Source: Octopus sinensis
Lineage: Eukaryota
Reading direction: 5' to 3'
Length of the DNA: 64,000 nucleotides
Assembly: GCF_006345805.1 (NCBI RefSeq)
Contig: NC_043001.1
Coordinates: forward strand, 47,492,001-47,556,000
This document shows, piece by piece, positions 58,215 to 64,000 of this stretch (positions are counted from its first letter, which is position 1; every line of letters begins with the position of its first letter). The notes under the pieces are model-generated. The model did not search any database and had not been told where the DNA came from. It saw only the letters and a list, made by a program, of their open reading frames with translations. The translations under genes were made by a program, and so were the position numbers.

Positions 58215-58244
58215 TCCGTATAGCATTTGCAAATGCTATACGGA
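58215..58244. repeat. Perfect 30-bp palindrome
   Basis: TCCGTATAGCATTTG|CAAATGCTATACGGA. Confidence 0.95.
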
Positions 58245-58386
58245 TACAAAATGTGTCGATAGCCAGCTGGAGAAGATGTTTTCCTGGGGCTAAAACAACA
58301 GCAACAGCGTTCTTTATAGGACTGCCACATTCTGTTGGCATATAAACATAACTCAGAGATTTAAATTACTTTTTCTATTTCTTTCC

Positions 58387-58489
<103 letters not shown>

Positions 58490-58539
58490 GAAGGAGCTTC
58501 TACAGGACTAGAACTGTTTCATTCAAGAGAAAATCAGGA

Positions 58540-58589
58540 AGCTCCTGATGATTTCTCTTGAATGAAACAGTTCTAGTCTTGTAGAAGCT
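58540..58589 (+). ncRNA. Type I hammerhead motif inside a ~120-bp fold-back
   Basis: AGCUC-CUGAUGA-U-UUC(UCUU)GAA-U-GAAA-CAG..UUG-UA-GAAGCU, immediately preceded by its own inverted copy (58482-58539). Confidence 0.7.
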
Positions 58590-58668
58590 CCTTCTATATA
58601 ATAAATTAATTTTACTCTGCTATGATGAGTACCTTATTACTGTGGTTAACCCCGAATCAACCGGGACC

Positions 58669-58733
<65 letters not shown>

Positions 58734-58911
58734 GTAGGTGAATGAATTATCCTATGTTTATCGTCAGCATGGAAAATTCGTTTACCGAAACCTGGGTAGC
58801 AAATTCACGTCAGAAAACGGTTTCATTTATATATATATATATATATGATATATATATATATATATATATTCAGTTTCGTTTACCAAATCCGCTCACAAGG
58901 CTTTGGTCGGG

Positions 58912-59282
58912 TACATGGTTCGGGGTTCAGTCCCACTGCGTGGCACCTTGGGCAAGTGTCTTTTACTATAGCAGCGGGCCGATAAATGCCCTGTGAGTGG
59001 ATTTGGCAGACAAAAACTGAAAGAAGCTCGTCGTATATGTCAGTGAGTGTGTTTTGGATGTGTGTGTGTGTGTGTGTGTGTGTATCTTTGTGCCTGTTTG
59101 TCACCCACCACTGCTTGATAATCGGTGTTGGTGTGTTGACGTCCATATAACTTAACAGTTTGGCAAAATAGAACGACAGAATAAGTACCAGGCTAAAAAA
59201 AAAAGTATTGGAGTCGATTCATTGACTAAAAGTTCTTCAAGGCGGTACCCCAGCATGGCCGCATTCTAATGACTGAAGCAAA
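58912..59282 (+). mobile_element. Family C SINE
   Basis: CATGGTTCGGGGTTCAGTCCCACTGCGTGGCACCTTGGGCAAG...AATGACTGAAGCAA. Confidence 0.88.
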
Positions 59283-59371
59283 TAATATATGTATGCATGC
59301 ATGTATGTATGTATGTATGTGTGTATGTATGTATGTATGTATGTATGTATGTATGTATGTATGTGTATATG

Positions 59372-59441
59372 GCCAGATAACCGAAGAGACGGTGTTGTGG
59401 ATTTCCACCTCGGCATCCGAAATTCAGAGTTTTATCTTGGC
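59372..59441 (+). ncRNA. Degenerate type I hammerhead motif
   Basis: AGAUAA-CCGAAGA (U-to-C in the core)-stem II-GAAA-UUC-A-GAG-UU-UUAUCU; perfect 6-bp stem I; element 59370-59540 lies between microsatellites. Confidence 0.6.
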
Positions 59442-59536
59442 TACCGAATAATTGTCACATATTATTTTACAGATAAATTTCCTCTATTACATAATATTGA
59501 GGTCTCTTTCTTTCTTTTGTTATCTTACCGTTTTTA

Positions 59537-59607
<71 letters not shown>

Positions 59608-59663
59608 CACATAATATATGGTATATGGAGTTAACTGGGAGTATGTTGACGTTTATTTTTTAA

Positions 59664-59765
59664 TCACTACAATTGTTTCACGCAACGTACTTCTCCAGGC
59701 GTGTAGGTACATGAATTTGCAACCGTAACCCTGCATATGAGATCTAGTTGTGTTTCTTCAGGCGA
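59664..59765 (-). ncRNA. Type I hammerhead motif with ~60-nt loop 2
   Basis: UCGC-CUGAAGA-A-ACACAAC...GUUGCGU-GAAA-CAAUUG-UA-GUGA; palindromic ACAAUUGU stem III, GUA site, followed by AAUAAA. Confidence 0.75.
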
Positions 59766-60227
59766 TATGTAAATATAGTCTCTGTAAGTTCAAATTCTCG
59801 ACTTCAAGAACGTCCTCTCTGTCAGCCGTGACCTGAATTTAGTAGTAGTCACTGAATTTATCAGGGTGTGTTGTTGCTGAAGGACTGTTGGCAAACTGCT
59901 TTGAATGTGTAGATGTAATGGGATGGTGATCTTGCTACTGTAAAAGTGGTTGCCGTTTTAAAGATATACTGTTCCACTAGTTTTTACTAGGCTTGTTATT
60001 GGTGTGGTATCATGTTTTGTGGTGTGATATAGATTAAAAAACCAACGTATCTAGTAGTGTATATTCATTGTATTGACTATATGTTTTAAGTACTTGGTTT
60101 GCTGGTCCTTGGGTTGGTGTTGTGTCGAATATCGGTGATTGAATAGCGTTCGCTCATTCATTTGTATTATAACGGTAAGATCAAAATGATTCATTTGTTT
60201 TGAGAGTAATTTCTTTCTTGTATAGAT

Positions 60228-60716
60228 ACTACTCCTCGAAGACATACAGCATCTCGAAAGAGTCCAGAAGCTGGCTACCCTCATGGTTCTTGGTCTCAAG
60301 CATTTGTCTTATGAAGAAAGGCTGAAGACGCTCAACCTTTATTCTCTAGAAAAACGACGATGCCGTGGAGATCTCATTCTTGCTCACAACATCATAAGCG
60401 GAAAGTGTAACCTCTCGAAAGAGCTGTTCTTCACTCCTGCTCCAGAGCGCCGGCTGCGGGGTCATTCTGAAAAGCTCTATCTGCGACGATTTCATCTCAA
60501 TCGAAGGAGAGGGGCTTCTCCGTCCGGGTTGCGGATCCGTGGAATAAGCTGCCGGACGAGATAGTGAAGATGCTGACGACCGCTCGGTTCAAAGTCTCTC
60601 TTGACCACAAATGGCCTGAACTCTTTACACCACCCTGTACATAACTCCATGTCCCCCTACATGGCCTTGCTTTTTGCTTTTTGAGCCAAAAAATTAACTT
60701 AACTTAACTTAACTTA
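60228..60716 (+). mobile_element. 5'-truncated LINE, same family as 43670-44380
   Basis: SYEERLKTLNLYSLEKRRCRGDLILAHNIISGKCNLSKELFF...; tail (TTAAC)n. Confidence 0.93.
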
Positions 60717-60751
60717 CTTTGTTAATACTAATTGTTTACTTTGGTGTTGTT

Positions 60752-61047
60752 GTTTGTTCCTTCTCAAGCCATGCCTGGCTCATAGGGCCGGTTTCCTGGT
60801 TTCCTTGGCGTATAGATCCCCACCTGGACGGGACTCCGGTCCGTCGCAAGTGAGCTGCAAGGTGCAGGAGGAAAGAGTGAAAGTTGTAGCGAAAGAATCA
60901 GCAGAAGTTCGCCATTACCTTCTGCCGGAGCCGCGTGAAGCTTAGGTGTTTCGCTCATGAACACACACATCGCCCGGTCTGAGATCCGAACCCGCGATCC
61001 CATGACCGCGAGTCCGCTGCTCTAACCACTAGGCCATGTGCCTCCAC
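60752..61047 (-). mobile_element. tRNA-derived SINE (head A + tail Y, V-domain-like) with 11-bp TSD
   Basis: Same head as 1314-1699, but the 3' part is GCGACGGACCGGAGTCCCGTCCAGG...GGAAACCGG. TSD TTGGTGTTGTT at 60741-60751 and 61048-61058. Confidence 0.88.
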
Positions 61048-61456
61048 TTGGTGTTGTTATTTATAGTGATAATCAAGTGTTGGCGTAATGGACACACTAT
61101 GGTGATGATTCGCTCTTGTTGTTCACTATTGATTCCCAGGCAGTGCTTATGATTTTAGCGCTGTTGACACCACCGGATTGAATGGGACTGTCCAGGTATC
61201 GAAAGCATAATGATATCCGTTTGGTAGCTGAAGATGGGAAAACATATTTGTTACGCTTGTCTGTGAATTTTACATATTAGTTTAGTTATTCCGAGTTGTC
61301 TTCATTCTAGTAAAGTGAAAAGTGTTTGTGGACTCATAGTTTGTTGAGATTTACATTGATAGTGCCTGTTTTTCTTCTTAGATAATTTTATTATGCTTAG
61401 ATAACACTAGATATTGTCTAGCTATGGGAGGTACTGTGGCATCCATCCATCCATCC

Positions 61457-61578
<122 letters not shown>

Positions 61579-61650
61579 GTGTGTGTGTGTGTATGCGCGA
61601 TGATTTTTGATGAGTGGTGTCGATTTTACAAATCCGTAAATGAAAATAAC

Positions 61651-61939
61651 AATATTTTATAAGGTTAAATCTTATAAGCGATCACCGTCATTGACTAAGG
61701 TAAATAGTCTAATATTGGGGCATATAAGCCCTCGACGGAAAAAAAGAAAGGCTGTCCGTACGTGTGGGACTCGAACCCATACCTCTATGTTTTCGCGACA
61801 ACATAGAGGTGTGAGTTCGAGTCCCACGCTTACAGACAGCCCTACTTTTTTCCATCGAGGGTTTATATGCCCCAATATTAGACTATTTTCTTAGTCAATA
61901 TACGGTGATCGCTCATAAGCGTTAAGCTTATAAAATATT
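61651..61939. mobile_element. ~290-bp fold-back (MITE-like) element containing tRNA B-box sequence
   Basis: Arms are complementary along their whole length around the centre CTCTATGTT-TTCGCGAC-AACATAGAG; GTTCGAGTCCC at 61815-61825. Confidence 0.8.
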
Positions 61940-62387
61940 ATTATTATTATTTACAAATATATAAATATACAAGTACATATATATGTGTGGGTATGTATAT
62001 GTGCATGTGTGTGTGCGTGCGTATGTATGTGTGCGTGTGCATGCATATATATGTGCGTGTGTATATATGTATGTATGTACATACACACACATACACGTAC
62101 ACTTCATTAAGAAGTTAAAAATAGAGCTTGCAGCGACATAATTTTTTTCTTTCTCAGTCATGGTGTCGGTGAAAAATTCTATTAATTTATTATTGTCGGT
62201 CGGTATCTTTCTCTGGAAACAAAAGTGACAGTTGTTTTACTAAAGTCTAGCTACATATGCGTCTGTTCGTGCGTGAGAGATAGATAGATAGATAGAGAGA
62301 AGAGAGAGAGAGAGAGAGGAGGGGGAGAAAGTGAGTTTGTATGTGTCTATATGTTTGTATGGCCACATACCTTTCAGCAAAGCGGCT

Positions 62388-62460
62388 GTTCATTAAGCAT
62401 CATCAGAGAAGTTCTATTTTGGAGTCAGAAATTTAACTTCTCTGATGATGCTTGGCGAAT
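62388..62460. ncRNA. Candidate pre-miRNA-like hairpin
   Basis: Perfect 19-bp stem (62395-62413 / 62435-62453), 21-nt loop; extends 7 more positions with G-U pairs on the + strand. Confidence 0.4.
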
Positions 62461-63549
62461 ATTCACTTCAATGAAACAATGGCGGCCATATTTTAAGAAC
62501 ACGAATAAATCAATTTATTTCATACTTTGTGCTTAATATTTAGTTCTTTCGTAATTGGGTACTGACAAATTTACCAGACTAGACTATTGTAAGTTTAAAA
62601 ATTAGAAATAAATGCACAAACAAACGGAAACAGACACAGAAGGTCACCAAATCTTCATCATTTATCGGCCAGAGGGTCAGAGGGTCAAACGCAATTTCGC
62701 GCCTTTAACAACAATAATATCATTCCCCTTCTTGTGACGCCAGCAGCTAGAAGCCGCCGGGAAATGGCGAGCCAACGAACAAGGGAATAAATATGACAGA
62801 AAGTGAACAAAAAAAAACGAAGAATACATGAATATGCAACACAGAAAGTGGACATCTATGTACGTACGCATGTACGTATATATGATTTCTTTTCTTTTTA
62901 ATTTAAAGTTAATTTAGAACAGGTACCTGCATGGTAGCAAGGTTGTGAAAGAAAGCGTCCTATTTTGTTCATTATTCTTAAAATCTTAAGAAGGTCTTGC
63001 AGATTTTTATTGTCCCAGCTATCGTGGATTTTTATTGCCTCACTCCACAAATTCAGCCATTCTTTGCTCCTGGTGAGTTAGTACATATCCTGTTATTCCA
63101 ATAATAATTGGTGTGAAGCCGTAATTTTAATCTTTGGTACTGGATTCGCTAACTCCTTATCAATGATCAATGATATATTATATAAAGAAAAAAAATAGAG
63201 CTGGGCAAGTTTTTAAACATTAAAATATTTTAATTTTATTAAACAGCAATTTATCATATCCCCTTTAATTCCCACAGTTCCCATCAATGAAAAGCATCGT
63301 ATTAATCTATATGCAGAAACTGCCTGACAATGAAGACATGCTGCTAACAAAATTAACTTGGAGCATTTTGCAAATATATTCCTCTAGAGAAGTAATTCCT
63401 TCATTTGCTGCTCTAGCAGATAAACTCCATATGAACTACCCGTTACCGAGGTTTATCTGAATTTTTTAAGGTGTTTACGCTGAGAGTACAAAACTGCGTC
63501 CTGTCTGGGACGCGAAATTTTTTCCCAGAAGTGTTCCCGACCCCGGTAT

Positions 63550-63995
63550 TGAACTCATTTGCATACAGCCAATCAGAGTTCACCTTGACCTTGTTGTCAA
63601 GTTAACAAACACTCTAACAAGTAAACTCAAGACAAAGAATGTTTTTGTAAGTTGACCGATCGCCAAGTTATGCTTGATTTTAGAAGGAGACAAGTAATTA
63701 GATAGATTTGCATCTATACCTATTATCGGATTTTGTTAGGGCCCCATATGGTAAAGATGTAGAGGGTGATGTGATAGCAACCCTCTCCCCTTACCGTTTC
63801 ACAAAGTAAATAACAACACAAATAACTACACAGAGGCAGCCATGGGTGAAACAAGAACAACAAGCATTATTAAAAGAGAAGAGAAGCATGGTCTTTCCTT
63901 ACCCAAATGACTTTATCTTATCACCCATCACTTGCTATGCGCTCATAAATCAGTTTGATAGTTGAACTCTGATTGGCTGTATGCAAATGAGTTCA
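63550..63995. repeat. Perfect 33-bp inverted repeat pair (octamer + CCAAT), probable DNA-transposon/MITE subterminal repeats
   Basis: TGAACTCATTTGCATACAGCCAATCAGAGTTCA at 63550-63582 and its exact reverse complement at 63963-63995. Confidence 0.85.
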
Positions 63996-64000
63996 TAACT

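Larger units (their letters stand above)
59610..61400 (-). mobile_element. Degraded Penelope-like element 3' region, interrupted by a LINE and a SINE
   Basis: A/C-rich minus strand ending in a hammerhead plus AATAAA next to TA/CA repeats; weak LICK..HR.KRNKY-like remnant near 61250-61290. Confidence 0.4.

Overview
AT-rich eukaryotic non-coding DNA, very probably from an octopus/coleoid cephalopod. That is inferred from the tRNA-derived SINE families and the extreme density of (TA)n, (CA)n, (GA)n, (TACA)n, (GATA)n and (AAT)n repeats. No host protein-coding gene could be supported; most ORF-track entries are microsatellite read-throughs. The window is a transposon graveyard: many SINEs from several modular families, three full-length decayed mariners, a Tc1/maT-like copy, a MULE remnant, non-autonomous Helitrons, CR1/L2-type LINE 3' ends, a restriction-like-endonuclease retrotransposon end sitting in (TACA)n, and a 14-bp minisatellite. 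The most notable signal is about ten mutually unrelated type I hammerhead-ribozyme motifs (six well formed, four degenerate), five of them within 56.6-59.8 kb. Most lie in short elements embedded in TA-rich microsatellites with the direct or inverted terminal repeats expected of Penelope-like pseudo-LTRs or retrozymes. Also seen: a pre-miRNA-like hairpin, a 290-bp tRNA-box fold-back, two tandem duplications (one duplicating an RFX X-box) and candidate non-coding exons. Coordinates were read by eye, so ends of degraded repeats are approximate.
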